A stretch of 62,882 nucleotides of DNA, filler included, from Rhabdomonas costata (GCA_019059605.1; 37 parts of 37 records of this genome joined end to end with filler, not necessarily neighbours in it); one strand, 5' to 3'. Shown: positions 25,552 through 37,844, counted from the whole stretch's first letter. The notes: a model not told the origin generated them from the letters alone. Numbers and translations are program-made.

Positions 25552-27155
25552 AGAGCGAATCTGTTCAGCTCGGCGCCTCCCCAAGCGGACCAATTTCCGT
25601 CGCATTGCAAACTTAGGTCCGCCCCGCGGGCCTCTGCGGACCTGAGGCAAGGTCACTCCGCACCAGCGACAGGGTTGCCGACCGGCGGTGGGGGTCATCG
25701 ATGGCCCTCGTGTCCAGGGGCATGCTACCACCAGCCCGTCGTCCCCGAACACTCGGTGACCAGTCGGTGACTCTTACCTCGACCTTCACCCAACCATGCA
25801 CACGTGGCTCCCCTCACAACCGTCACCATCCGCTTACTTACCTGACATTAACGCGCCAAGCACCGAATTGCACATGGCCCTCCCGCCCACATCTGCTGTC
25901 CTTTCACACGCGTCTCCTTCGCATCTGTCAGGCTGGTTGTTCTCTTCGCTTGCTGCACCGCTACAGCCTCTCACGTCCCTGGGGGTGTTGGAGACAGGCT
26001 TCTCCGCTGCGGTACACGAAACGCCGCCTTTTTGTTTTCCGGCAGCCTCAACGTCTCCTAGTGCATTAAATTTTGATCTTTGACTTAGGGACAGTTGTGT
26101 CTGTTTGTTCGTTTTTGTGTATGTTTGTGCGATGTAAAGACAGAAAAGGCACACACACACGTGAAGGAGAGCGATGATGGAAAGAAAAGAAAAGCTGCCC
26201 CTAACCTAAGGCTGGATTGGATGTTTAATGGGTTTGTGTTGTGACGCTGCTGTGGCATGGCCACTGGCTGCATCATCGAAGCCGCCGCCCCCAAAAAAGG
26301 TATGCCTTGCCCGCCATCAAGCCCGCAGACGTAGAGTCGGTTTGCGAACTCACTGTCGGTGGCTCTCGGCTGCATGTTCGTGCCCCCCCTTTTCTCTTTT
26401 CTTTGGGGCTGGTATTTTCCATCCTCGCCCACATCATGATTCCCCTCATTTCTTGTTTTTATTTGAGCTTCGTTGCTCACTTGAAGTAGTTCGTCACACG
26501 CATTGCTCGTTGGGGGAAGAGGTAGGAGGCATTTTTTGCTTCCTTCCTTGCCTTTTTTTTAAAGGAAATCTCAGTGCGCTTGCTCTTCCGTTTTGCAAGC
26601 TCTGCATGACGAACTCTTCCTTCCACCTAGTGATTTGGAATGAGCAAAGCTTTTGAGCTGAAGAGATGCCAAGGTGGCGATGGTTGTGTAAGGACAGATT
26701 TTGTTTTCAATTTGCCCATGGACGACTTTCCTTGCCTGGGTGCATTTTTCATGTTTTTTATGTGGTGATTCATGGTGAGCTACTACCCGAAGTTCTTTTC
26801 TTGAAAAGACTATTGTTCCAGCCGGATTGGATGTGAGCACCGAAAATCGTGAATGTGAACACTAGAGGTTCCGTGCGTGTGGCCCCTGCGATGCAGTGCA
26901 GACGAGCGCTTTTTCGGTGGACGAGGTCCCGACCTTGGGGTGCCTGGTTGCCGTGGTCAATTGAAGCCTGGACCTGGACTTCACCCTCTATTCCCGGCTG
27001 TCTGAGGTATGAACCAAGCTTTTCTGAGAGAGCGAATCTGTTCAGCTCGGCGCCTCCCCAAGCGGACCAATTTCCGTCGCATTGCAAACTTAGGTCCGCC
27101 CCGCGGGCCTCTGCGGACCTGAGGCAAGGTCACTCCGCACCAGCGACAGGGTTGC
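25552..27155. repeat. Contig with a perfect 127-nt terminal direct repeat (circle or tandem unit of 1,477 bp)
   Basis: 25552-25678 is identical to 27029-27155; 127 nt matches a common de Bruijn assembler k-mer overlap. Confidence 0.9.
26077..26146 (+). repeat. 70-bp dispersed repeat, copy 2
   Basis: 69/70 identical to 25191-25260. Confidence 0.9.
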
Positions 27156-27303
27156 NNNNNNNNNNNNNNNNNNNNNNNNNNNNNNNNNNNNNNNNNNNNT
27201 TAATTAATTAANNNNNNNNNNNNNNNNNNNNNNNNNNNNNNNNNNNNNNNNNNNNGGTGTTGTGTTGTAAATTGCCAGTGAAGAATGAAAACTTAGAAAA
27301 TGG

Positions 27304-27633
27304 ATGGTAAAGTACAAGATTATTGGTGCAGTGGATAAATGTCCTAGCTGTGGGGCCGTCATAAATCATGCAGAGCACAGATGTAAGCATGGCTCCCAAT
27401 GTACTTCCAATTATTGCCTGAGCAGGGTTTCGGCTGTATCTTCTGGTGTTTTGGAGTGCTCTAAGCTGTCTTCTAATGAGTTCTTTCTTCTCGCTTACTT
27501 ATGGGCGCACAACTGCGGCGGTTTTAGAGCTACCCAGATGCATGAACGATCATCTAGGACTGTATTCGAGTGGTCTTCGAGGTTCCGACAGTGTGTTTTT
27601 AACCAAAAAGACGTAGTTATATTTGAATACTGA
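27304..27633 (+). mobile_element. Truncated Merlin/ISXO2-like (IS1595 family) transposase N-terminus
   Basis: CPSC...C...C zinc ribbon followed by SGVLECSKLSSNEFFLLAYLWAH...SSRTVFEWSSRFRQCV, the helix-turn-helix segment that precedes the DDE domain in this family. No DDE domain is visible. Confidence 0.55.
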
Positions 27634-28711
27634 CCATGTTCTGGTGTACATGAAGGAGTTTCAGTGTGGTATTAGAATGATCAAATCTGCCATTTTTGTG
27701 AAGCGTTGTGAACAAATTCGTGACGGTTATTTCCAATAGACTGACTTTTGATTCGTCTTGCAGGGTTAGAGAGCCATGCCTACCATCCACAGGAGCCTTC
27801 GCGATGCGCTTAATGGGGTTAGCCTTCCAATTGGAGCGCGGGAACCTGCCATTTTATGTGTACACTGAAGAATTAATGCCACAGATATTATACCAGTACA
27901 CGTACGGGTATATAAAATTCGCTTCTCAATCAATGGTATCCGTGTCAACCTATAATGTATATACAGTAGCTTCTCCACATCCAAAACTCTAGTAGACGTG
28001 CATACCTAGAGTAAACGGGTCTTCATTGGTGTGGTTTTTACTAATATATCCGCGCAAGTACTGTTATGAGACAGTCTATGCACCACCACCTATAGACATG
28101 TCTATCTAGCGTATACGCATCCACAAAGAGGAGACGTTTCTGTGGAAAGCCTGGCGGCAAAAAAGGCACTTGTGTTTTGTTTGAGCTTTGTAACTTCCGG
28201 ATTTCTCCGAGGAGCATATTTTGTTGCTTGCGGTAGAGCCAGAAATTGCCTATCCAGTTGCGGAACACTACAAGACGTTTACTACTGTTGCAGCATTATT
28301 GGCAGTTTCACGTATTTATTGGGATGACATGTAAAAGTAAACCTCTTACATGTTGCCCACCAGTGTGAGTATATCATTTCATGGTGCCGCATGTGGATTT
28401 ACAAGCTTTTGATTAGATTCTGTACAATCACAACGTTTCTCTCAGGACGTGCTGATTCAACGCACTGATGTACTAATATTAATGTCAAACTGCACACAGA
28501 CTTTGGATTTAATATTCCAACGTGTAATGTATTGCAGATTAGTAGCATTAGGTCTACACTTTTGCATTAACGTTTATTTCTGGCAACTTCGCAACTGGAG
28601 GTTTGCATTGGTGGTAATATAAATTCTGTTTATAGCAAAGTGGAAAGTAAACTATAAAGAATGGGTGTGCGTTACCACTTCTAGAACGTCTGTAACGAAG
28701 CGTGTGGTGGA

Positions 28712-28854
28712 AGCTATAACAACCACTTATGAAAAAACGGTTCCTCAACAAGCTTGTTGCTTTTAATTTCTCGTTTTCTAGCTACAGGAAAAGGTGATAT
28801 TAAAAGCAACAAGCTTGTTGAGGAACCGTTTTTTCATAAGTGGTTGTTATAGCT
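28712..28854. repeat. Contig-terminal inverted repeat (56-bp arms)
   Basis: 28712-28767 is the reverse complement of 28799-28854. Confidence 0.85.
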
Positions 28855-29109
28855 CCCANNNNNNNNNNNNNNNNNNNNNNNNNNNNNNNNNNNNNNNNNN
28901 NNTTAATTAATTAANNNNNNNNNNNNNNNNNNNNNNNNNNNNNNNNNNNNNNNNNNNNGTTTTGGGGGTGAGTCCTAAGAGAAAGGCCTTGGCTATGGGC
29001 CTTTGAAAGATCTTAACCATATACCTTTTAGGGAACATAACCCCTCCCACCAAAGGCACACAAGGACGCCGGCGAGGCAGCCACAAGAGGTCCTTTCCCT
29101 CCCTTTCTG

Positions 29110-30466
29110 TCACGGTGAGTCCCGCTGTTCGCACCGTGCTCTGGGCGTGGGAGATCTCCTCCACCGTGAAGATGGCCCTGCGGATCTTCTCTTCAGACTG
29201 TGCGTGCGTGCGTGGGTGAGTGTGGCAGTGGAAAATACCGTTACCTTCTCCACAAAAGGGCTTTCCCCAAACACCATGACACTGCTGTTTTTTCCTTTCA
29301 AGGGACTGATTGCGCGCGGGTCGGCCGTCGAACTCCTCGGCCTGCGGGGCGCTTTGAGCAGTGCGCAGCTACCTGAAGTCGGCGCGGGTGTCGTGCGTCT
29401 AGATCAACAAAACACACGACGTACGCAAAGATCCCGGACCTCCTGGAGATCAAGAAGACTACCGCAGCGATCAGCCGCGCAGCAATTTTCCTCCTTTCCC
29501 TCAAAGGATCAGACCTTCTGATAGGACCCACCAGCTGGTCTAAAATATTCAAGGCTAAAGGATCAAGAATAAACCTGCCGCGGAGCGCTAACAAAATTCC
29601 ATTTCTTTGCTTTTTGTTTAGGTTGTTTAGGTTAGTAGGAAAGCACAAACACGCACCTATGCTCTGAAAAGTTACACTTGGAAACAGGTCCAAACCGAGA
29701 CCAAGTAAGATGCCGCCTTAGCTCATCGGCCGAGCACTGCAAACGGGTTGAACCGCATATGAATTTGAGTCAGCAGAGCAAGATGTGGTGGCGGGATGTG
29801 GGGTTGGGGCTGGAGATAGGGGAGGCGAGGGCAGACCGCCAGCAAGGTTTGCTCCACCGTGGGGATTTTCATTGCGTCAGACAGCAGGCCGTTGACAGGG
29901 GCCAGCACATCCGTCCAGGGCTGGCAGTGCAACCGCGCCGACCTCGCCAGGCCGTCACACTGAAGCAGACACGAAAGGAAGAGTTTTATAAGGGGTGACT
30001 TTCTGTTCGGTACACCGCAGTACTCAGCATGATTCGTGATCCGGTCCAAAGCAGAACCTCCCCTCAATGTTTTACAACAAAGTTACTGAAAAGGGAGCAG
30101 GGAGCTCAGCAGCAAGCTTACTGGAAGCATATTGGAGAAGTCTTTCTCACTTATCTACCCTTGTTCTGGTGAAAAACGAGAGGGAGCGTAAAAACACAGG
30201 AAATCCAACACGGAAGCAATGTGGGCAATCAGAACATGGCAGCTTTGCACCGAAAATGGTGCTTTAATGTACGCCTTCTGCTGGGGCGCCACTGATTTGG
30301 CAAGAAGGCGGTGGGATATCAAGAGAGTGGAGTGGAACCCTGACCTTCTTCAGCAGTTCTATGCAGTGGTCCAGGCAAGCCTGGGTGGTTTCGCTCGGGT
30401 CCTGCACCTTGAGCTCACGCAGCCGGGAAAGCAGGCGGTCCAGCTCCACCAGGTTGGGCTTGGCGT
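29110..30466 (-). CDS. Multi-exon fragment of an unidentified helical protein
   Basis: Three GC-rich exons with AG acceptors: (D)AKPNLVELDRLLSRLRELK...ELLKK | CDGLARSARLHCQPW...QTLLA | SEEKIRRAIFTVEEISHAQ. The 3' boundary is approximate. Confidence 0.45.
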
Positions 30467-30661
30467 CTGCGAACACAGAGTCCAGGAACAAACGTCATAA
30501 AAAAACACGGCAGACGAATGAATAAGCCGTACAAAGTCAGATGTGCAAGTGCACACACCCCNNNNNNNNNNNNNNNNNNNNNNNNNNNNNNNNNNNNNNN
30601 NNNNNTTAATTAATTAANNNNNNNNNNNNNNNNNNNNNNNNNNNNNNNNNNNNNNNNNNNN

Positions 30662-32242
30662 GGGGGTTGTTGTCTCGTACCTTGTGACGGCGCCGCTGAT
30701 CCGTCTGTGTGGGCAGATGGAGCAGGTTGCGGAGATGGACCTTGATGTGATCCAGCAGAGCCGCAGCCGGTTCAAGGAGATCGCGGACATCCAGGCCTTC
30801 TTTGGGATGATGGTGGGCAAGCTGACGGTGATGTGCTACCCTTTAGGATTTCTTTTCGCAATGTCTCTCTCGGACCTGATCGATCGCGCTTTGACGTTTG
30901 CCTTCTCCTCCCGAAACGGTGGCCGGTGGTTTTCAGGTTTAGGTATTTGTCTGACTTGGGTTTGGGGTCGTCTGAGGCTGACGGTATGAAGGGTTCTCTT
31001 TTTTGGATTTCCAACTTTTCTACCTGGAAGGTAAAAGCTCTCGTTCTTTAGTATCGCTCCTCGTGAAGTTAACCCGCATTTTGTTTTACCCTAGGATTAC
31101 CGGGCGTATCTTCCTGAAGCGGTTCTGCTCAGCAGTCCGCACGGGTCCACTGCCTTCACCTCCCTGGAGGCAGGGAAGTGCAAGAGACGCCACACCAACC
31201 GCCTTGCCTCCAACAAGTCCCAGGTCGCGCCCATGGAGAGCAACGAGCCGATCACTCAAGTCGCCTCTCAGGCTGCTTCCAACGAGGACCTCATCGAACC
31301 TTTTTCTTCCAAAACAAAAACGCACGACGGGGAGTCTTTGCCCGGGAGGGGCTCCGCCACTGTATCCCCGAGGACCTTTGGGACCGCTCCGATGGGCTCC
31401 CTGGTGAAGTGGCCCGTGGGCGAGCTCACCCACAGGATGGTCTCAGTGCTGCAGATGGATATCGAGGGGTTCCATTACCATCCCGCGGACGACGAGGAGA
31501 TGGTTCGGATCCATTCCTCGGTGACTCAGGCGGCAAGCCAGGTCCGCTCAGAGGGCGGGTCCGCTTTTTCTGTTGTAATGGTCCACTGTCTCAGTCAAGC
31601 GCGCGAAAGAGACGAGAAGAATTTTTTTCCGTGGGTTCGGCCGTTCCCTACCCCGACCGCGGATGGAAGTTTGGTGTGTGGGACTGTGGGATTTGCCGTG
31701 TGGAATTAGGTAGGGCGGTGTCTAGTTTTTGAGATGATGTGGAATGTTTTTTCGCTGTGAGGAGGACTGTACCTCCGAACCTTTTAGACACCGTTCCCTA
31801 TAAGACCGCACGCACTTTAAACAGGCCGTTGTTCACTAATGGGACTCCGCGGGGGAGGTGGCTTGTCCCTTGACCCACCGGAGGTGCGTCGCTCTCCAAC
31901 CGACGACAGGCTTTTGCAGGAGCGCCGTTGACCGTTGCCATTGTGTGACCATGGCAGTCACTCTGGTCAATTACAGTAGGTGGCTCTTTTCACTTTCCCA
32001 CAGCGTATCGCTGCTTTTCCTGCGTGAAGTGGTTGCACATCTTCGTTTGACACCTCTCTCCCTCAGGTGGTCCACTCCAGAGAAGGCCTGCTCAGCCCCT
32101 TCCTGGGGGACAAGGTGCTGGCGTACTGGAACGTCCGCACGATTCGCTCGGACCATGGGCAGCGGTGCGTGGAGGCTGCGCGGGAGCTGCTGAAGGGCAC
32201 GCAGGAGCTGGGGGTTGGGGTGCGGGTGGCATGCACCGGAGG
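30662..32242 (+). CDS. Receptor-type class III adenylate/guanylate cyclase with HAMP-like linker (3 exons, partial)
   Basis: Exons 30662-30827, 31095-31541 and 32067-32242 give VSYLVTAPLIRLCGQMEQVAEMDL...SRFKEIADIQAFFGMMVGKLTDYRAYLPEAVL...VSVLQMDIEGFH...GLLSPFLGDKVLAYWN...HGQRCVEAAREL. Both metal-binding Asp motifs (DIxGF, GD) are present. Confidence 0.85.
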
Positions 32243-34063
32243 GTATGTGATGCGCACCCCNNNNNNNNNNNNNNNNNNNNNNNNNNNNNNNNNNNNNNNN
32301 NNNNTTAATTAATTAANNNNNNNNNNNNNNNNNNNNNNNNNNNNNNNNNNNNNNNNNNNNGGGAACCGGTATTCCAGTAAGAAGCTTAACAACCCTATGC
32401 CAGGCGTTTCCGCTGACAAACGGGGATCAAACGGCATAGGAAAGAAAGTATCCACCATGTGGATACTTAGGTATGGACCCTGTGGACACTCCTGGGAGAC
32501 GAGGGGTAAGTGGAGACACCTGAGGGGCCAATCAAACACACGATCTGCAGAAGTAAGCTTGGCAAAGGGCCCAAAAGAATTCACTGCAACGAAGTAAGGG
32601 CGCAAAAATAGAATTCAAATTACTATTTCCATGGAGAGATAGGAACAGAAAAACAGAAGATGGAACCACCTCCTTCCGCACAACCAGAGTGACCACCGCC
32701 AGCTGGTTCGACGAACGCGAAAAAGGATCCCCGGAAACAGGCAGCCGCCACATGCTCAGCCTTGAGGATGGACTGCCCGGCACTGTGATGGCCGAAGAGC
32801 CCAGCTTTGAATCCAAAGCAACGCCTAAATTGACATTTAAGGGAACAAATCAGGAGCTCTAGGCGTGCGTTGGGCCGAGGGGCGGCCTTATACTACTTAG
32901 CAGCCCCTATGTTGAGGAGTGGCCGAAATGGAGCTAACCTCTTTGGGTGATGGGGGCGAGACGTGATTGGAATGAAACTGATCTTTGGGGGATTGAAGAA
33001 GACGTTGTGGAGGATATCGGTTTTGGGGGCATTGCTGGGGAGACGTGAGAGACGCAGAGAAAATTGACCGGTGGGCGAAAATGATGCGCGCTAAATCAAG
33101 CAAGAGGAAGGCGAACGGAGCAAAATGGCATTTTTCAACTCATCAAAGTGCAAGCTCCGGTGCACATATCGAATATGCTTTGAAAGAAGCGTGGGACTCA
33201 GTAGGTAGCGTTTCGATCGCGCCTATGCTTTACTGAACCCAATTTGACAGTCTTCTGCGAAGCCAATGCATTTTAACAGTAAAACCACACAGTCGGAGTT
33301 GCTCATAAGTCGGCGTCAAGTGATGTAAATGGGGTTGAATGGCTCCAATAAGGAAGTTCAGTCACCCCCTTCCCTCTGCACCCGTACCATTTTCCTGCTC
33401 TCTTAAGTCCGGTTGAGGCAGTAATTCATCCCACCACCAAAAGACTGAAGAAGTTGAAAAGTGCCATGAGGCTGAAATTAGTTCGATCAGCAAACATCAA
33501 GCAACCTGAAAAATGAATGTGATACTTTGGAAAAGGTTTTCTGAAAGAGGAACTCTGCGCAGGTGAAGCAGGTGAAACAGTACCTAAAGTTTCGCTCCCA
33601 AGGAGCCATCCCACGCTGAGGGGAACGGAGGAAGGCTTACACCGAGCAGCAGAAGGACTCCGCCTTAGGATGTTCAACAGGGTAACCACAAAGCCGGATC
33701 GGGCACACTCCCCAGCCGCGGAGGTGACCACAAAAGATTCACTTTTCTTCCAGGCCCACCTCCCAAGGTAAACTAAAATGAGGGTCACAAAAGCAATCAC
33801 GGCCCATGTCCGAGTCATCTTAAAAACGAGTGCCACAAACCCTTCTGAACGGAGGAGAAGAAAAAAGGCCAAAAAAGAATGCCAGGAAAACTGTGTAGGA
33901 AAGTCCTCGGACGCCAGAAGTCAGGGAAACCACGCAAACCAAGGCAAAAACCCACCAAAAAAANNNNNNNNNNNNNNNNNNNNNNNNNNNNNNNNNNNNN
34001 NNNNNNNTTAATTAATTAANNNNNNNNNNNNNNNNNNNNNNNNNNNNNNNNNNNNNNNNNNNN

Positions 34064-34273
34064 TTGCCCTCTCCGTTCACCTGTTTCTTGTTCTCCTTTG
34101 TTCATTATAGTTTTGTCAAGAACTACTTTGTCCATGCTGTATTATTGTGACTAATTTTTATGATTACAATCAGTTTGAAAAATTAGTCACAATAATACAG
34201 CATGGACAAAGTAGTTCTTGACAAAACTATAATGAACAAAGGAGAACAAGAAACAGGTGAACGGAGAGGGCAA
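34064..34273. repeat. Contig-terminal inverted repeat (96-bp arms)
   Basis: 34064-34159 is the reverse complement of 34178-34273 and starts at the first base of the contig. Confidence 0.9.
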
Positions 34274-34390
34274 CCAAAGACCATCAAAGACGCATTCAAT
34301 TATTACACATCAGCGGATCGAATATGACACCAGCACACAATCAGCCGACCAAGGAGAGGAACTTAAAGCTTACATGACAGCGATTGTCAC

Positions 34391-35522
34391 CTGAGTCCGA
34401 GTGAGGCTGAGGATGATGACGTCGTTCTCCTCGCCCTGGAAGCGGTCCACGGTGTGCACGGCCACGGCGCCCTCCAAAGCCCCGAATCTCCGCCGAAGCT
34501 CCACGCACTGCCCTTTGTATGGGGTCAGCACTGTCAGCGAGGATGGAGCCAAGCCACGCGCCAGCAGGTACGCCCCCAACTGGAAGCACACCCGCACCTC
34601 GTAAGGGTTCATCACGCTCAGCCCCACCGTGCTGGGCTGCTCCGGTTGAGTATGGGTGAGAAAAAACAGAGACTGCAGCATCCCAGGGACCTGTGCACAA
34701 CCCCACAATGATCGGACAAAAAAGGAGGAGTTCCCTTCCAAAGGACAAACGATAGCAACCCGATAAGACCTGAAAGCAGATGCAAAACCTCGCACCTTGC
34801 TAATGGTACTTGTGAGTCAGAGGGAAGAGAAAGAGGAAACCCTCAGCTAATGCAGCGCAACACCTTTCATGGCAACCGAATCGAGCAACAGGAGAATCAT
34901 ACTAGACTATCTACAATTTGCCGCAGCCTCTCCGTCTAACTTTGGTGGAGGTCTGCAGATGGCCTGCAGGCACATCCCTATTGCCCTGCAAAACAAACAA
35001 CCTCGCCCGGCTCTCCAAATGACCCCAAATACCCAAATTCACAGCTCCTTCAGTGAAGCATTCACGTGCTAAACCACGGAAAACCCGGCTTTTTGGCGCA
35101 GGAGGGCACGACAGAGGAATCATCGCTGCGCACCTTTCCGACGGTCTCTCCACTGGCCAAAGTCAGGGTCCGAGCCTCCAGCGAGGGCTCATCCCTGAGG
35201 CTAGGGTAGATCGGCTTCACAAACTGGGAGATGAAGGGCATCATCCGCCTCTGCGTGGACAGGACTTGGCAGGGAAGCCCGTTGCCGTTCATCCGCTCAA
35301 ACAGAGAGAGGTCCACCCCACACAGCCTCTCCAGGGCATAGTTGTTGATAATCGGCCGCAGCTGCAGATGATCTCCCAGCAGCACGACCTGCTGCACAGA
35401 GGGGGGCAGACAGCTGATGATCTGCGCCTCCAGAACCTCTGCGGCTTCCTCCACGAATACCGCGGAGGGATGCAGCTCCCGCAACAGCGCTGCGTGGATC
35501 GCCGCTCCAGTGGTCGTCATGC
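34391..35522 (-). CDS. ZNFX1: ZNFX1-like UPF1/SF1 RNA helicase (exons 35522-35134 and 34690-34391)
   Basis: GMTTTGAA, VEEAAEVLEA, GDHLQLRP, SLFERM, QRRM, LTPYKGQ and TVDRFQGEENDVIILSL. MTTTGAA, EEAAEVLE and QGEEND are typical of the ZNFX1 subfamily. Confidence 0.88.
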
Positions 35523-35985
35523 CTTTTCAAGAGCACGTCCGAGACGGAAAGCACGCAATGCGCTGCCCTACTGCTGCAACGACAATATTCTGCCCATGCC
35601 ACTTCAATAGTGACTTGTGCCGCATGTCAACCGTGAGAGCTTCAAACCACAACTTCCCACCACCCNNNNNNNNNNNNNNNNNNNNNNNNNNNNNNNNNNN
35701 NNNNNNNNNTTAATTAATTAANNNNNNNNNNNNNNNNNNNNNNNNNNNNNNNNNNNNNNNNNNNNTTTTTGGGGTAACTTATAGGCAGTCATTTGCAGCA
35801 GTTAAAGAAGGGATTTTGGCAGTATAACACTGGTTGCTGTAATGCTACATTGAACAGGTGAGTGTTTTGAATTTACTGAACAGGCCTAGTTTCAATATCG
35901 CACAGTTTCTGTAAAAATAGTCCTCTCCTAAGTATAAGCTGGATCATAATCAAGACATGCTCAGTGGAAAGCGCGTGTCTTCTTC

Positions 35986-36027
35986 TAGATTATTAGATTA
36001 TTAGATTATTCTAGATTATTAGATTAT
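35986..36027. repeat. Short tandem repeat (TAGATTAT) x5
   Basis: Directly visible, with one 2-nt interruption. Confidence 0.85.
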
Positions 36028-37461
36028 ATTTCTAACCCACACTATTCACTCTGGACTTTTATGTAGTTTAATCTATGCACTTTAACTCAACGTTGATGGA
36101 AGTGACGGACTGGAGCAAAGCTTAGAGCCATGTGAAATCAAAAGCGATGATTTCTTGCATGTGTTTCAAGTGATTGAGTGGGATTTTTTGCACATCGTTT
36201 ATAAGAAAACAAAAGCACGTAGCAGCTTAATGTGCGTAATAGGCCACGCAGATAAGCCTTTGTTTCCACTTCCCTGAACGTCTCTAGATTATTCTCTAGA
36301 TTTCTGGACACTTATGAAGAACAGCTTTTGCTCGGTTGATTGGAGTCTCAACAGAATTTTGTTATTAGCATTTTGTTAAGAAAGGTTATTTGCTCTGTAT
36401 GTGCAAAGAAACGCAAGAGCCTCTGAACTCTAAAACAATTCATGATGTTCAGATGTTGCTGTCAAACGTTTTGGATCCAACACGAATAGAAAGAGGAGAT
36501 ACAAAAACCAAGCACACGACACTGAATACTAACCACAAGCTGTGCAAAAGCTCATACTAGAATAAAAAGAAGAACTGCAACTCACTTAACACTTACTTAA
36601 GCATTTAAAAATATTTAAAAAGGATTTTGTGCATTTAAAAACGAAAACTTTCTGGTTTGGTAACAACTATTTAGGTTGCAAAGTCATACCGTATGCAGCT
36701 GCAAAACATAGATCGATTGATCGGGCAGATTTCCTACCAGACAATTTTCAGAACACGCTAAAATGCACCAATGGTTTGCACCTAGTCCGTTGTGGTAAAC
36801 TAAGGCTTGAGATACTTTAAAACACCACTTTATTCTCACACACAGAATGGTTTCAACTTCCATTATTTTGAAATGTTTATGGATTTGTATCTAAAAACTG
36901 CGCCAAATCCTGGGAAACTCTCCTTTGCAGTAAAAGCGCGTTTTCGAAAAACATCCAGTCCTGTCCTGTGTTTCCGTACGCTTTTTGTTGCCCACCAATT
37001 AAGTACCTGTGGCAAGCCACATACCACATACTTTTACTACATCGCGTTGGCGCGCGCGCAAATACACACGCACAGACAGAGAGCGGTGATTTCGCTGGAT
37101 CACAAATGACAAAAATTCTGGGAGGAAAGGATACAGCTAGGAATGGGAACCGCCGGCAACTCAAATGAAACTTTCCATTCTTGTCGTCCGGTTATCCACA
37201 CCAAGGATTCACACCCACATTTAAAGGGGCGAGCGCGCACTCAACCACACGCAAACGCACACACATGCATGGCTCCTGTGGATGTTTTGGCGCAGCATGT
37301 GCTGCACTACGCGGAATTGGGGTGAGATTGTTCGCTTTGCCCATCCAACCACACACANNNNNNNNNNNNNNNNNNNNNNNNNNNNNNNNNNNNNNNNNNN
37401 NTTAATTAATTAANNNNNNNNNNNNNNNNNNNNNNNNNNNNNNNNNNNNNNNNNNNNGTGG

Positions 37462-37844
37462 GTTTTGCATTCTGAAACTGCACTCCTCCCACTTCCGGTG
37501 TAACGTCTTTCTCCCGCTTTGCTGAGCCACCACAGGATAGTGCGGTAAAGCCGTAGGAGTAGGAGAGATGTTGGATGTTGGGTTGCCGGTTGGGCCACAC
37601 CCGCTGCTGCCGATGCTGCAGCACGACCGCCTCCAGCTCTTGCTGCCTGGCCTCCTGCATCTGCAGGTCGGCGCGCAGTGACTGGCACCGCAACTGCAGC
37701 TCCGCCTCTGCTGAAACTTCAACTGCAACGGAATGTGTGGACATGTAAACGGCTCCAGCATTCTCCTTCCATGGCTTGAATAACAAAAGCGGGAGAAAGA
37801 CGTTACACCGGAAGTGGGAGGAGTGCAGTTTCAGAATGCAAAAC
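37462..37844. repeat. Contig-terminal inverted repeat (59-bp arms, ~265-nt loop)
   Basis: 37462-37520 is the reverse complement of 37786-37844. Confidence 0.85.

Noticed and set aside
25552-27155. Circular contig as a CRESS virus, plasmid, kinetoplast-type minicircle or SL-RNA/5S repeat
   Set aside because: I saw no Rep motifs, conserved minicircle blocks, 5S or spliced-leader sequence, and it shares a repeat with a nuclear intron. It is kept only as an unexplained circular or tandem unit.
27708-28770. Long protein-like plus-strand frame interrupted by stops, suggesting a reassigned genetic code
   Set aside because: TAA, TAG and TGA all occur, no homology anchors the frame, and every identifiable gene in the window reads through without internal stops. 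Decayed or non-coding DNA is more likely.
32361-33963. ORFs of 60-150 aa as a retroelement endonuclease or membrane protein
   Set aside because: No diagnostic motif or consistent splice structure could be identified.
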